Part shown: positions 12,796 through 27,900 of the stretch, in pieces
How the letters are laid out: each line of letters begins with the position of its first letter
Numbering within the stretch: position 1 is the first letter of the stretch
Assembly (NCBI GenBank): GCA_964016885.1
Contig: OZ024740.1
Location: forward strand, 175,770,001 to 175,834,000
Direction: 5' to 3'
DNA: 64,000 bases
Source: Eledone cirrhosa
Taxonomy: Eukaryota
The notes under the pieces: generated by a model
The model's database searches: none
The model's input: only the letters and a program-made list of their open reading frames with translations
Told to the model about the DNA's origin: nothing
Program-made: the position numbers and the translations under genes

Positions 12796-13409
12796 AAACT
12801 CCATAACAAATATTCACTATCTTCTTACACAGACAAACATGCTAGATTTCATGCAAAGAACGACCATTTAAAAAGACACACAACACTTGTTCTCATGGTG
12901 TTGTCTCCCCTCTCTTCATTTCCTACCACTATTATCGTGACCCCTGCTAAGGTTTTTGTATTTTTTCTCTTTATATTATAGAGCTTTCTGCTATATTATG
13001 GCCTGCTTTTGCTGATTGATGACAAGCAGTATCCTATCATAAATCATTTGCTATTATCAAATAAATAGTTTGAAATATTACAGTTACATTTAGAAAATGT
13101 AGTGTTTGATTCCCATAGTAGCTTATGATATGTTTGTAGTATGTTCCCTAAAACGGTCTTTCACATTAATTCGATTAAATAATTTATGGTACTTATGTCC
13201 TGCAGGGAAATATTTATGAACATTGAGTTTTCTCCCAAATGTATATGCTTTAACTTTGTCAAACATATTTGGTTATTGAAGGTGAAGAGCAAAATGTAGC
13301 AATAAAATGGTTGTACTATTGATTCTGCTGAGGATTTCCATGGAGGTAAAAAGAAATGAAAATTTGGATGGTAGAAAATCATGCCAAGCAAATATGTATG
13401 TATGTATGT

Positions 13410-13925
13410 ATGTAAGTATTGTGTCAGGTCGCTCTCGAATGCTACTGGTAACATGTAAGCCAGTACAACCTGTCTCATGGTCATGTCATCGGAACCCAAC
13501 TGGCAACTCCACCAAGCTAGCTTGGTGAGGAGGGTGATATTTGGACACCCTGCTGGATGAAATACACGACTCGGCAAAGGGCGGAGAAACTCAGCAGAGT
13601 CAACGGCCAACAACATTTTTTTTTTCTTCACCTGGGAGTGAAAGGCCCCCAGTTGTTGTCACAACACGTTTCTAGGAGAGGAAAACTGAAAAAAAAAAAA
13701 ACCTACTGCTTCGGAAGCATCCGATAATGTTGACCAGTTCTCGATTGGTCGAGTGCAAGGCCTTTCTCCATTAAAAAACCCCATCAAAACACAGGCATTG
13801 CTTGTTCAGGATATGTTACAGGTTCGTGTGGCTGGCCGTAGCTTAAAAGTGCACCAAACTCTATAATCTGACAAGCGATTGCATTACTCTTACCAGAGTT
13901 GTCAGCCATCATGTATGTATGTATC
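13410..13925 (+). mobile_element. Short RTE-related non-autonomous retroelement with (TATG)n tail
   Basis: Flanked by (TATG)n and ends CAGCCATCATGTATGTATG. The same terminus occurs at 63193-63280. CTAGGAGAGGAAAACT resembles RTE 5' UTR motifs (from memory). Confidence 0.4.
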
Positions 13926-14120
13926 TTTAGTTCTTGACGGATTCTTAGCGGCGCCGTCATGTCATACGGCCTCGCATATCTGTATGTTATATACATCAAA
14001 TTTGTATAATATCTATGCATGTTACCCATTTCCTCATTTCTATGTAAACCCCGCCTCCTTCTTAATATTGTTACTTGTCTTTATAATGTATTCTCCTTCC
14101 GATGCTTTTCATGGCAAATA

Positions 14121-14490
14121 ATGGTTTCTACATTAGGAACAACGCCAGTAATTTTTTGGTTACTGGTAATTTATTTTATCGACCCCGTAAGGATGAACGG
14201 CAAAGGTAACTCAGAACGTAAAGGGCGATGACTCTATGCTTCAAAGCATGGTGTGTGACGCTCTACCGATACTGCGAATCCCTTATTATTATTGTTATAG
14301 GGCGGTGGATTGGCTGTATCAGTAGAGGGCTGGACACAATGCTTTGCAGCATAGAGTTACGTCCCTTTACTGTCTGAGTTCAAATCCCGCCGAGGTTAAC
14401 TTTACCTTTCATCCTTACGGCGTCGATAAAATAAAGTACCAGTAATGCACTGAGGTAATTGCTGGCCTTGTGCCAAAATTAGAAACAATT
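14121..14490. mobile_element. Head-to-head pair of family A SINEs (14121-14282 -, 14300-14490 +)
   Basis: Core motif on both strands. The + copy has A and B boxes and a TATTGTTATA target duplication. Confidence 0.88.
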
Positions 14491-14587
14491 ACTATTGTTA
14501 TAAAAAATATTATTGTTATAAGCTGTCGCTGGATGGTAGAATCGGTAGAGCACTAAACAAAACACCTGGTGTTCTGAGATCTTAATA

Positions 14588-14687
14588 CGCTGCTGCTGTT
14601 GTTGCTGCTGCTGCGACTATTACTACTACTACTACTACTACTACTACACACTACTACTACTAGTACTACTACTACACACTACTACTA

Positions 14688-14724
<37 letters not shown>

Positions 14725-14756
14725 ACACTACTACTACTACTATTACCACCACCACC

Positions 14757-14793
<37 letters not shown>

Positions 14794-14903
14794 ACACCAC
14801 CACCACCACCACCACCACCACCACTACTACTACTACTACTACCACCACCACCACCACCATTACTACTACTACTACTACTACTACAACTATTACCACCACC
14901 ACC

Positions 14904-14944
<41 letters not shown>

Positions 14945-14978
14945 CACCACCACTACTACTACTACTACTACCACCACC

Positions 14979-15028
<50 letters not shown>

Positions 15029-15101
15029 CACCACCACCACCACCACCACCACCACCACCACCACCACCACCACCACCACCACTACTACTACTACTACTAC
15101 C

Positions 15102-15196
<95 letters not shown>

Positions 15197-15210
15197 CACT
15201 ACTACTACTG
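14588..15210. repeat. Compound (CTA)n/(CCA)n microsatellite
   Basis: Alternating triplet blocks. Confidence 0.97.
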
Positions 15211-15398
15211 TGCTTCATTCATGTTTATCATTACTTCGTTAGAGGTTCCTCTTAAATATGTAATAACAAAAACCTAATTAATTTAGCATCATTAGTCTCC
15301 CCTATTACGACGGGTCAGTACCGTGGATATTGAAGGCCATATTTTTGAGGTTAATGTGGTAAATATTCAAATTTAAACAAAACATAGTGAAATGAATG

Positions 15399-16260
<862 letters not shown>

Positions 16261-16765
16261 GAGAGAAAAGAGGTGAGACGTAGATTGATATAGAACGTCC
16301 ATTTAGTCGAGAAACCCTTGTAATTGAATTAACGTTCGATATTCGTCGCTCGTTATGTGGAACCAAGCAAGTGTTGTCTGTTGCCAGGGCTGATCATCAC
16401 CTGACTGAGTGAAGCCTGCCTCTACCTTGACTAAAAATATGTCTATTTCAGCAGTGGGTTGCGTATGAATAGTAATATGTCTGCTTATATTATTTTCAAT
16501 AGACATTCTACCACCATATACCCGCTTCTATCCACATCTATCCGCTTCTACCTTAGATATATGCGATTATCAATCAATACTTTTACTGTGAAAGAATTCA
16601 TACTGCTGACATAACAAGTCGTCATTGTTCATGACTGAATTGGAATTTACTTGTATATATTTCATTAGATTTCGTCTAAAATTACATTAGCCATAGCTTA
16701 TTTACGTCTTCTCTATATCTATTTAATTTTTTACTCATTTATATATTAAACCATTTAGCATGTGC

Positions 16766-16796
<31 letters not shown>

Positions 16797-16949
16797 AGTG
16801 TGTGTGTGTGTGTGTGTGCGTATGTAATCATATAGGCACACACATACATACATGTGTGCGTGCGTGTGTGTATAGACAGATAGATAAACAGATAGATACG
16901 TATGTATGTTTATATGTATGCATGTATATGTTGCCACTTTGCTCTCTGC

Positions 16950-16984
<35 letters not shown>

Positions 16985-17608
16985 ACGCACACACATTTCT
17001 ACCCCCCCCCACACACACACACGCACACACACACACACACACACATATATAGAGAGAGGGAGGGAGTGGAGGCTGGTTGAACTGAGTGTATGGGAGGTAG
17101 AGATAGGTTTCAGTAGAAATGTAAGAACCTGGGATAGACTATTGAAAAGGTAAAACAAAAAAAAAAAACACCTTTCGTGGTAATCAAATTCAAAGCCTGC
17201 TGAATATGTGAATTCATACATTTAGTCCAAGAAAGTAAACGAATGGTGTATCTAATGCAGAGAATCTCTACCATCCAAAGGGGTCAAACTTTGAGATTGA
17301 CGAGAACATCCCTATCGGAGTCACAATATTAGGTTCACTTCGTGGTATTATGTAGGAATTCGTCGCCTACATCGGTGGGTTTTATCTTGAGTTCCAGAAA
17401 TCATGATTGGAGGTTCTATAAGTAAAAACGGACTTATTTTAGCCGATGTAGCTTATATCTCTCCCAACCCCCAAAATGAAATTTGACCTTAAGTTTATTA
17501 TATTTTAATACTTCTCTAAGTAGATAATATATTAATATAGCTTATACTTTCATTGAGATATTAGAGTCAGTTAACTTCATAAAGTTGTAAATTAATTTTA
17601 TTTATATA

Positions 17609-17697
<89 letters not shown>

Positions 17698-17990
17698 ACA
17701 TAATCGGAGAAAGCTAATAGCGATACTCCGGCCAAATCCCAACTCACTCAACAAACATTAGGAAATACCTGAGTATATTCCTAATTAAACGTTCGGGGTG
17801 CTAACTAATTGTATTGTGTGGAAAATTGGCTGTATCATTTCATATGAGATATATCAAATATATATATACATATATATATGTATATCGATATTGAATAATA
17901 TTCAATATTACCCACATTTTATATATATATATATATCGTTTCTGAATTTGTTTAGCAAGATTCTTTATCTGAAATCGTGTGTTGAAACTG

Positions 17991-18615
17991 ATATTGTTAT
18001 ACTTTGGGAGGGTCATGTTGCCAATAAGAAACACGCGCACCAGTTGCTTTCACTTCAATTTATTATATATTTATAAATTTACAAATTTATAAATCTATAA
18101 ATTTCTGGTTGGTTGGTTGGTTCCACAACCAGATAGTTGTTTATATATAGTCATAGTTCTTTCATCACACACTCTGTGACCTCTTCAGTGACTGGGGATT
18201 CCTTTCTTTGTTTCTGTGCCTCTCCTTTGTTCTGTCCTACGCCATTTTGTTTCTGTGTGTGTGTGTTGTGTGCTCAGTCTGCGCATGCGCCACATCCGGG
18301 TGTCTGTGTGTGTTTATGTTCATTTATCTATTTGTTTATTTACATGGTTGGTTATTTGTTCTATGTGTGTGTGTGTTTTCATTTTGTCCTTAATTGTAAG
18401 TTGTGATGTTGCTGTTCCACTCATACTGAAGAGGTCACAGAGTGTGTGACGAAAGAACTATGACTATATATAAACAACTATCTGGTTGTGGAACCAACCA
18501 ACCAACCAGAAATTTATAGATTTATAGATTTGTAAATTTATAAATATATAATAAATTGAAGTGAAAGTAACTGGTGCGCGTGTTTCTTATTGGCAACATG
18601 ACCCTCCCAAAGTAT

Positions 18616-18623
<8 letters not shown>
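17991..18623. mobile_element. PLE-type terminal fragment with inverted pLTR arms (199 bp each) containing an HHR
   Basis: 17991-18189 is the near-perfect reverse complement of 18425-18623. Its end ATGACCCTCCCAAAGTATAACAAT matches the 3' end of the PLE at 54951-54974. The right end abuts (TA)n. Confidence 0.85.
18149..18193 (-). ncRNA. Minimal type I hammerhead ribozyme (PLE-type)
   Basis: AGUCA-CUGAAGAG-GUCACA(GAGUG)UGUGAU-GAAAG-AA-CUA/UGACU. Stem I 5 bp, stem II 6 bp, vestigial stem III. A second core copy lies at 18426-18465 (+). Confidence 0.7.
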
Positions 18624-18651
<28 letters not shown>

Positions 18652-18702
18652 ATAAAATTGTATTAATATATATGTATATATATATTCATATATATATATA
18701 TA

Positions 18703-19531
18703 TGCCAGCAATTTTGGGGGAGGGGAAAGTCGATTAAATCGACCCCGTACGTGACTCGTACTTTATTTTATCAACCCCGTAAAGATGAAAGGCGAAGCTA
18801 GCATAGGCAGGATTTGAACTCAGAACGTAAAGGGACGTAACTCTATGCTGCGAAGCATGTTGTCTGACACTCTACTGATTCTGTCTCTAGGTATTGTTTA
18901 ATAATGATTTCCAGTAATTTGAAGGGGAAGGGAAAGTCGATTAAATCAACCCCAGTGCATTACTGGTACTTTATTTTATCGATCCCGTAAGGATGAAAGG
19001 CAAAGTTAACCTCGGTGGGATTTGAACTCAGACCGTAACTCTATGCTGCAAATCCACCGATACTGCCAATCCACCGCCCCGGTATTGTTTAATAATGGTT
19101 TCTTATATAGGCACAAGGCCAGCAATTTGGGGGGAGGGGAAAGTCGATTAAATCGACCCCAGCGCCTGCCTGGTACTTTATTTTATCGACTCCTTAAGGA
19201 TGAAATGCAAAGTTAACCTCGGCGGGATTTGAATTCAGATCATAAAGGGCCATAACTCTATACTGTAAAACATGGCGCCCTGCTCGCTACCGATACTGCC
19301 AATCCACCGCCCTGGTATTGTTTAATAATTGTTTCTACTTTAGGCACAAGGCTAGCAATTACCCAGTGCATTACTGGTACTTTATTTTATCGACCCCGTA
19401 AGGATGAAAGGCAAAGTCAACTTCGGCGGGATTTGAACTCAGATCGTAAAGGGTCGTAACTATGCTGGAAAGCATGGCGTCCGACTCTCTACCGATACTG
19501 CCAATCTACCGCCACAGTATTGTTTAATAAT
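18703..19531 (-). mobile_element. Head-to-tail array of four family A SINEs, each bordered by the same 15-bp sequence
   Basis: GTATTGTTTAATAAT at 18891, 19082, 19315 and 19517. Confidence 0.9.
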
Positions 19532-20529
19532 ACAACGAAGACGATTGATTTACACATGCGTATTTATTAGTATGATGCTCAAGCGTCTGCAGCTGTTAAT
19601 GGTGTAATTGTTGTTCGAGCCTCAGCTCCAAATTATTCTAAGTTCCGAGACAAATTTTCGGTATTTGGTTGATGCGTTAATCATAGGTCTACTCAGTCAA
19701 GGAAGGTCTGCGGTTAAACACGAACTACGATGTTTCTCAAACATTTTGTTCACATTTGAGTTCAATTATATGTGTAGCTAGTTACAAAGTTGAATTTTTT
19801 ACTATCGTTACGGTCGGGTGTTTTCTCAAAGTTTAATGCTTTTCTGATTCAGCATTATTCCGTTCACAATAGTGTATAACCTATGATATTATCGCACAGT
19901 TGTATGTGTAATGCTTATTTATTACATACATGTTTTGTTCATTCCATGTTTCCGATTTCTTTGTATAACTTGTCCATGGACCCAATACAGTGCACAGAGT
20001 ATTCTTTAGCAACCTGATAACTTGGGTTACCCACGCTCTCCTTTACAAGGAAGAAGTCAGTCACCTCAAATTTGGTCTTTAGTATACCGCTGCCGAAACT
20101 CGGAGGGGCCGCATACACACACAGGTTTAACTGCAATAAACAGTTGGTGCATCAGAAAACACCCCGGTGTACGTAACTATCAACGCTTCTCTTTGATTTT
20201 GTTCATCTACCGTTGTTCTTCACTAAATTCTAAAAGAAAGCGTTGTTTCAAAATTTACTTCCTGTTTCACAGAGTGAGCGGAGACAACCGTAATAAATCT
20301 GACTTGTCGCTTGATAACATAACCGGTTAATTTCGTAAATACTATTATATATAATATGTATGTGTGTGTATGTGTATGTGTGTGTGTGTATGTGTATAAA
20401 TGTGTGTATGTGTGTATATATGTGTATATATGCGTGCGAGCAAACCTATATCTACATCTATATATGTATACATGATGACGACGTATACATATATACATAA
20501 ATTCATACATACGTACATAAATACACATA

Positions 20530-20632
<103 letters not shown>

Positions 20633-21062
20633 GACATGTGCACCTACATACATGTGTACAAAATGGCTTTCTTCGTGATTGCTACCATCCAGTCGTATTA
20701 TCTGTTCGCCGTCGTCGTCATGATCATCATGATCATCATCATCATCATCATCATTACTATTATAGTCATCATCGACGTCGTCAACGTCTTCTTCATTATT
20801 GCCACAACTACTACCAACATCAGCAACACTACTATCAACATCAACGTCTACTGCTAGCCCCACCAAAACCAACACCGTTAACTCTACTATAATTAAATTG
20901 ATTACTGACAGATACAAAGATTCAAACAGAATTCACCATGGACGTGACTAATACTTTATTTTATCGACTCCATAATGAATGAAAAAAGCCAAAGTTGACC
21001 TTAGCCGGTTTTGAAATCAGAAATTAGGCGTAGCTATCTGCCCACCTGCCTGAATACCTCCT

Positions 21063-21127
21063 CCTACTACTACTACTACTACAGCGACTGCTTCTGCTGC
21101 TACTACTGCTACTGGTGCTACTACTAG

Positions 21128-21166
<39 letters not shown>

Positions 21167-21168
21167 TA

Positions 21169-21221
<53 letters not shown>

Positions 21222-21222
21222 T

Positions 21223-21262
<40 letters not shown>

Positions 21263-21304
21263 ACTACTACTACTACTACTACTACTGCTGCTGCTGCTCT
21301 GCTA

Positions 21305-21336
<32 letters not shown>

Positions 21337-21361
21337 ACTACTACTACTACAACTACTACTA
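21063..21361. repeat. (CTA)n/(CTG)n compound microsatellite
   Basis: Direct inspection. Confidence 0.95.
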
Positions 21362-21899
21362 GTTTTCCTTAATGAGTCTCGGGTATTCAGCCATCTTGAT
21401 ACTGAAGAATCTCCAAATAGGAATGATCGAGGAACCTCTCAAATCCACAATCAATAGACCTGGCCCTCTTCCAATTTTCCTTCTCCGACCTACAGGCTCG
21501 TGCTGAAAGTAGAACCATTCACTCTTGCCATTTTCGGTACATTCAACAAAGGTCAACAATTGTGATGAGAAACGAGAAATAACAACAGAAGTTGTGAAAC
21601 AGCGAAAAAATGAGCGTAAAACTCCTTGCTAAAACGAAAACAATAAAGGCCTTTACATGACCAATATATGGAAAAACCCTGGCCTCCTTCAAAACTTGAA
21701 ATTATTTTCAACCTCAAAAATAACCCTGTGTGCAGCTTAGACGTGATATATTATGGAATGCTCCTATATATGAAACGATGTTGCTGCTGTAAACACAGAC
21801 GTCTGAGACGGCAGCCAAAGAAAGTCCACATAACTGATTCATATGAAATTACTCATCACCAACCAGACATTATATAACTGCAGAATATCCAGACGTTAG

Positions 21900-22320
21900 G
21901 AGGGAGCAATTAACATCGCTGTCTCTAGTTGTCAAGTCTTAGCTAAGCGAGAATACAACTGCGAGTAAGATAGGGTACGGTTTTCATACATAGGAAGGTA
22001 TGCTATTGTTATGAAATACCGAAATAAATATATAAACACATACCAGAAAACATATATCGAGGATGACAAAGCAATCATTTTCTGGGATATGCTAATGCAC
22101 ACCGATATAGAAGTCAGTAGTAATTGATTAGGTATTGTTATCAAGGGCTATCAAGAAACGTAGTGCCTCCTAATCGAAGTATTATTCCCAACAGACGATA
22201 ATGTTATAAAAGAAACGGAGAAATTATCTAAATATAAATATCTCAAATGAAAATAACTATAATGGTGCTGAAAACTGAAACAATCTCTTGGGAATGATTA
22301 TAAACGTGTACGATGAATAC
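21900..22320 (+). pseudogene. Decayed restriction-like endonuclease region of an R4/Dong-type LINE
   Basis: Hand translation EDDKAIIFWDMLMHTDIEVSSN*LGIVIK...CLLIEVLFPTDDNVIKETEKLSKYKYL fits the WD..TD..(NRPDIV)..IDV..P....EK..KY..L pattern. Confidence 0.7.
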
Positions 22321-22785
22321 TTATCTGTAGAGAATTAAACGTTATAACGGTTGTGCAGAGAAGACAATAAATGAATAATTATACTTATATATATATATAT
22401 GAGTGTATTTCTATATTTCTACCTGTAGTCATTAGACCTTGCCGGTTTATGTAGTGGGATAATTCTCCTAAATAATAGAAAAAAGTGATAAGCAATATAA
22501 ATTGATATTGATTGCTACTTTAGGCATATATCCAGCAATATAAATTAATATTAACAACAGTTCAAGTGTTACAGGAACAATGGCAGTAAAATATATAAAA
22601 ACACAGCAGTTCATATTTATTAAGTAAAGGAGTCAGTGCAGATTGAAATTAGTAATACAGTTTTTGAAAGGACCACATTGATAGGAATAAAACTTTACAT
22701 CGGAATATTAATACTATGTCAGTTATTTTGAATGCAACTCGGTTGGAGCAGATAATTCCCATATAATAAAAAATGAAATAATAAT

Positions 22786-22915
22786 TGTTTCTAGTTTTGG
22801 CACAAGGCTAACAATTACCCCAGTGCATTACTGGTACTTTATTTTATCGACTCCGTAAGGATGAAAGGCAAAATTAACCTCGGCGGAATTTGAACTCAGA
22901 CCGTAAAGGGCCATA
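22786..22915 (-). mobile_element. 5'-truncated family A SINE with TSD
   Basis: Core motif present. AAAAATGAAATA(A/G)TAAT is duplicated on both flanks. Confidence 0.88.
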
Positions 22916-24734
22916 TGAAAAATGAAATAGTAATTTCGTTATGGTAAAAATGTGTTTGAGCATACTTTAGGGAACTAGTAGAAGTAATTGACGCTTTCAG
23001 GGTTTTAGTCAATCATATCGGCCACAGTTTGGTACTGCTTATATTGATCTAGATTTATATTCATCGAATCACTAGTTACGGTATTTATTACAAAACCGTG
23101 TTGACAACAATAACTATAAACACCCATATCCATATGTATGTGTATATCACCATAATTAGTTTATTAATTCCTTACTAATTGTCATGATGATTTCATGCAT
23201 TCTAATATATTCCAAACTAGTTATATAACATAAACAATATATGATATATGCATTTTACATCTTCCAGTATACGTTATACGGCACACTGTATATGATATGT
23301 TATATGCGATAATGGATGGTAATTATATTTTGATGAATACCTGCAGAATGAAGGACATTTGTAAACTGAATTCTCTTATAGAAGTAAATTGATATTTAAC
23401 TGTTATTTACACAGTCAATATTGTTAAGAATAATTTCAATATTATTAACATTATTATTTTGTGGAAATATATGAGTGATTGGTGAATTGTGTGTATGTAG
23501 GGTATTTGGCGCCTTTATGGTTCTGAATTAGAAATACAATCGGCTGGTGATATTGATGGTGATGTAAATCGATGAAATAAATTGAAAGGAATTGAAATAA
23601 ATCTTTCCGTTCATCCATTAGTTGAGCCATTAGTGAATGTATTAACATCGAACCTGCTAAATATAACATAAAATTGGACTTTATAATATATTGCACTGAA
23701 AATGATTTTAATGAAAATTTTACTCGAAACATTGTACTTGAAAATTGAACTTGAAAAATCATACTATATAAATTATATTGAAGAATGACACTTCAAAACA
23801 TTTCTTTGATTACAAAAAAAAAATTATTTAAAAAACCTTGCTAAATATGGTTTCCTTATTTTATTGCTTATAAAAAATATTCTTTAATTTACGTTTCAAA
23901 GTATTAAATGTGCTTATGTTAAAAAAGAAAATGTTTAAATAATCTTTTATCCTTTTATATTTTTGAATTTTTTCTTGAATGGTCAGTTCTACCTGGCTGA
24001 TATTAGTATCTAGTTTGTATAGGGTTAAACAACTGAGAGATAAATCTACCTCTAGATAGTATAAGCATGCTGCAATTAACTTTTCCGGAGAAAGGATATG
24101 AACTAATTAAGTATTAGAAGTTCAATGAATCACTTGTTAATTCCACAATGCAGCAGTGAGCCTGACCTAGTTGAGGCAACTATTTGCACAAAGATAACTG
24201 CAGGTGTTAAAGGTTTGAGCCTCTGTTATTGTATGACCCAACGATTCAACTGGCTGATCTCTCAACTCATTCGCTCAGTCACTTCACTTCATTACATGGT
24301 AAAATATAAATAACCAGAATAAAAGTTGACTTGTGTAGAATTTGAGCCAAATACACAGACAAATAAAACTAAATACTGTAAGACATTCATCCGATGCAAG
24401 GGGCTGCGCATTGAACACGTGTAACCTTATTGCACTTCTCATAGAGATTCAGTACGGCACTGTGTGGCAAGGTAGACGTACAGTCGATTTGATGGGTTTC
24501 CAAACAGTTTACGTCTACCTAATTTCATTCACACAACACGAATCTATGATAAATTATAGATGTTACAAAAGTGCTACGCGGTGGGATTGAACCTGGGACT
24601 TAATGATTGCGAAGCTGATTATATAATCATTCAGCCATGTTGCATTCACACTAAGTATAATTAAACCCGAAAAGTAAATACTACTGCCGCATCTAATACG
24701 GTTGTTGCCTTACACATACACACGTGTATTTTCA

Positions 24735-24802
<68 letters not shown>

Positions 24803-24804
<2 letters not shown>

Positions 24805-24950
24805 GGACCTGCGTCAGTTTCGACGGTGATTGTTCCAGTTAATTTGATCAACGGAACAGCCTACCTTTGCAATAGAAATGCAAGTTATTGATCATTCTTC
24901 AGACACGTACCCATAACGTAATTCTCAGAGACATACAGTGTTACACATTT
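24803..24950 (+). repeat. Old interspersed repeat (family C), also at 31712-31862 (-), 43405-43556 (-) and ~45490-45580 (-)
   Basis: Shared ACCT..CGACG.TG...TCAACGGAACAGCCT...TTCTCAG(G/A)GA(G/C)AT.CAG. Confidence 0.65.
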
Positions 24951-25089
24951 TAACTTTCTGGACCCCCCCCCCCCAAAAAAAAAGGTTACCCGCATAAGAA
25001 TTCAACTGATTGAAGACTTCATTCGTACTAACTTTAATAGATATGTGTTTATTTGTGTTTGGGAGAGGGGGAAAGAAATAGAGATAGTC

Positions 25090-25120
<31 letters not shown>

Positions 25121-25934
25121 GAGAGAGAGGGAGTTGTGCGAGATTCTTTCTTTAATTTGTATAGTGAGCGTGTCTTATTACTGTCGCTCGAAGGAAATTA
25201 AGTTGTCATGTCAACTACACTGGTGAACGTTGTTTAGGTATATTTTCATAAAAGCAGGGCAAATCTGGCGTGCGGTGTCTAGTTGGAGGGTAGATCACGA
25301 ATATGTGTGTGTGTGGATGTGTATATATCTATGTGTATATGTGTATATATCTATGTGTACATGTATGTGTATATGTGTACATGCGTACATGTATGTCTCT
25401 CTTTGTCGGTATGTGAGTGTCTATGACCGTGCGTGAGTGCATATGTTGGTGTGTATATATGTATGTGTAGGTGTGTATGTGTCTTTGTAAGCGTGTGTAT
25501 GTGTGTGTATGTCTATGTTTCTGCCTGTATCTATGTATGCATGTATTTATGTGTGTGAGAACGAAGCATGATATTTTTATGAGTATGATGTATGTGGTTA
25601 AAATTAACAGTAAGTAGGTCTTTAAGGTAGAAAATAATTAGTATGAAAGACATAACTGACACTTGACATATATCAGAGTTCAGAGAATATATGTTAGAAT
25701 AAGCTACGTGAGTTGCAATTGTTTGGTTTTACAGAAAATCTCAACTGAAGCCGGGCAACTTTGATTGGAATTTCTGAAAGTCTAAGTTTGTTAAATCCAC
25801 TGCCCCGAACCCCAAAATTGAGAATTAATATTTTTGACAAAGCATTTTTAACAATTTTTAAAACACCGGTTTCTTATTTCGGTACAAGGTCAGCAATTGT
25901 TTAGCCAATTCACCGCCCCTATCATCTGCTACAT

Positions 25935-26130
25935 AATTGTTTCTAATTTGGACACAAAGCCAGCAATTTTAAAGGAAGGGAAAATTCGATTATATCGACC
26001 CCAGTACTTGTTTGGTACTTTATTTTATTGATCTCAGAAGGATGAAAGACAAAGTCAGCTTGAACTGTAACCAAATACTACGAAGCGTTTTAATCCGCGC
26101 TCTAACGATCCTAGCAATCCATCACCTCGC
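25935..26130 (-). mobile_element. Older family A SINE
   Basis: GGTACTTTATTTTATTGATCTCAGAAGGATGAAAGACAAAGT. Confidence 0.8.
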
Positions 26131-27084
26131 ATAATGAAAACGTCTGCATAACGTGTTAAAATATTTTTTCCATTAATTCGAAATGTTCAAAGCTTTTTAT
26201 TCTACCATTTTATAAGTACATTATTTGATACCCAGAAATAAATGATGAATATGAAATTTTGTGTGTTTTTTGAAGGCTAAAATGACTATTCTTCGATGTA
26301 ATTGCTTTAGTTTCAACACACGGTATCAGATAAAGCGACTTGTCAGATAATTCCAAAATTATTATAAGTATTTAAGACAAACTAAAATATCGTTTTGCTT
26401 TTAATTGCATAGTCTTGTTTCAATACAAATACCATATCCCTCAAACCTCAGATTCGGAGGATGATCATCGTAAATTATTTTCTTATTTTCTATCGATAGT
26501 CTAACTAAATTTATATACAAGTGTAAGTTGTAAGAGATTAGAAAATTGAGTCTCACAGAATTTATAGAACAATAAAAAAAAAAAAAAAAAATGGCATAGA
26601 ACAAGCGTCGACAATACTAAAAATCTAATCAACAAGTATATTTCCAGTGAAATGTAGCTGTACAGCATTTCCCCATTTCTCTTAATCCATTTGTAACAAC
26701 ATTTCAAATAATTTACCAGTTCAAAGCAAAGTCCATTCCTCAGATGGAACATTTAGCGGAAACTTTATTACTGTAAGTAACTAATGTCTAGACTGTAATT
26801 GCAATTTTCTGAGCAGGAAACAAGTAGCTGGATAATATGGCAACGCAGTAATGCTTCGCCATATTTGAAACAAATTGATTTGCACAAGTAGCGTTCTCAC
26901 CTCTGAACTGAAGCGAATCGTAAAGAAAATAATTCTCCTTCTGTCCCAGTGTAGTTCTTCCATTATTTATTATAGGCAAATATCGGTATATATTTTGGAT
27001 GTGTGTGTGTGTGTGTGTTTAAGTATGTCTGTTGTTAATATATATATATACGTTTATGTATGTAAGTTGGTAATATATATATGA

Positions 27085-27900
27085 TGGGCTCTCACGTCGT
27101 GTATGACGTATGAGGGTTTACTAGTTTTCTCAGTTCATTCTTTATGGTTACGCCTTAAATGACACTTTAGTTCAGCAGCTGATTTACACATGAAGCCGCA
27201 TTTAGTACAGAGGACAGGATTTTGAGCGGAACAGGATAGAATGATTGATCGGATCTTGGTGTTAGATCTTAAATCACGAAGATGTACCAGACGAGATATT
27301 TTAAACCTTCTTTATATCTTCATGGCAGACAATTCTCCATTTTCCATGGTCAGCAGCCAAGGCTTCAAAAGTAGCAAGAGGTATATTCACAGATGTGATT
27401 GTATTGCAGTTTGACTTTATATCTGAATAATGGTGTGCCTACATTACGTGCACTATTATGGAGTTGGCTGTATAACAGTACCTTGGGTGTGCGGTCTTGA
27501 GTCATCTGTAGTACGTGAAAGTCCGAGTTGGGATTGTATCAGAAATGACTCAATCCCACCGATATTGCATCTCAGGAAGAGATCGGTATTGGAGATTCTA
27601 TCATAAAGTGCAAAATCACAGACAGAGCGAATACAATATTTATGGAAGACACCAAGCTTATAAATGTGGATGCGATAAAGTGTCTATGACTCTGAGCCAT
27701 ATAAGAGTATTTTCAGTACCACTGTATAATATACAGCAACTTTCATTTTCTGGTATACACCTCATAGACGATGAGTTGCTTTAGAGATGTGATTGACGAT
27801 CTCATCATGCTGCTCTTTCTAACATGACAGATGTCCACGTACGGCTCTTTTACTGGATCATGATTAAGTATGTTGCTGGTAAATATTATCGTTTATCATA
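27085..27900 (-). pseudogene. Decayed 3' end of an RTE-type LINE
   Basis: Minus-strand translation NIPLATFEALAADHGKWR resembles the RTE C-terminal WE.LA.DR..WR motif. Boundaries are approximate. Confidence 0.5.

Noticed and set aside
18891-19531. CRISPR-like regularly spaced 15-bp repeat
   Set aside because: The spacers are ~180-220-bp homologous SINEs in eukaryotic DNA with no cas genes.
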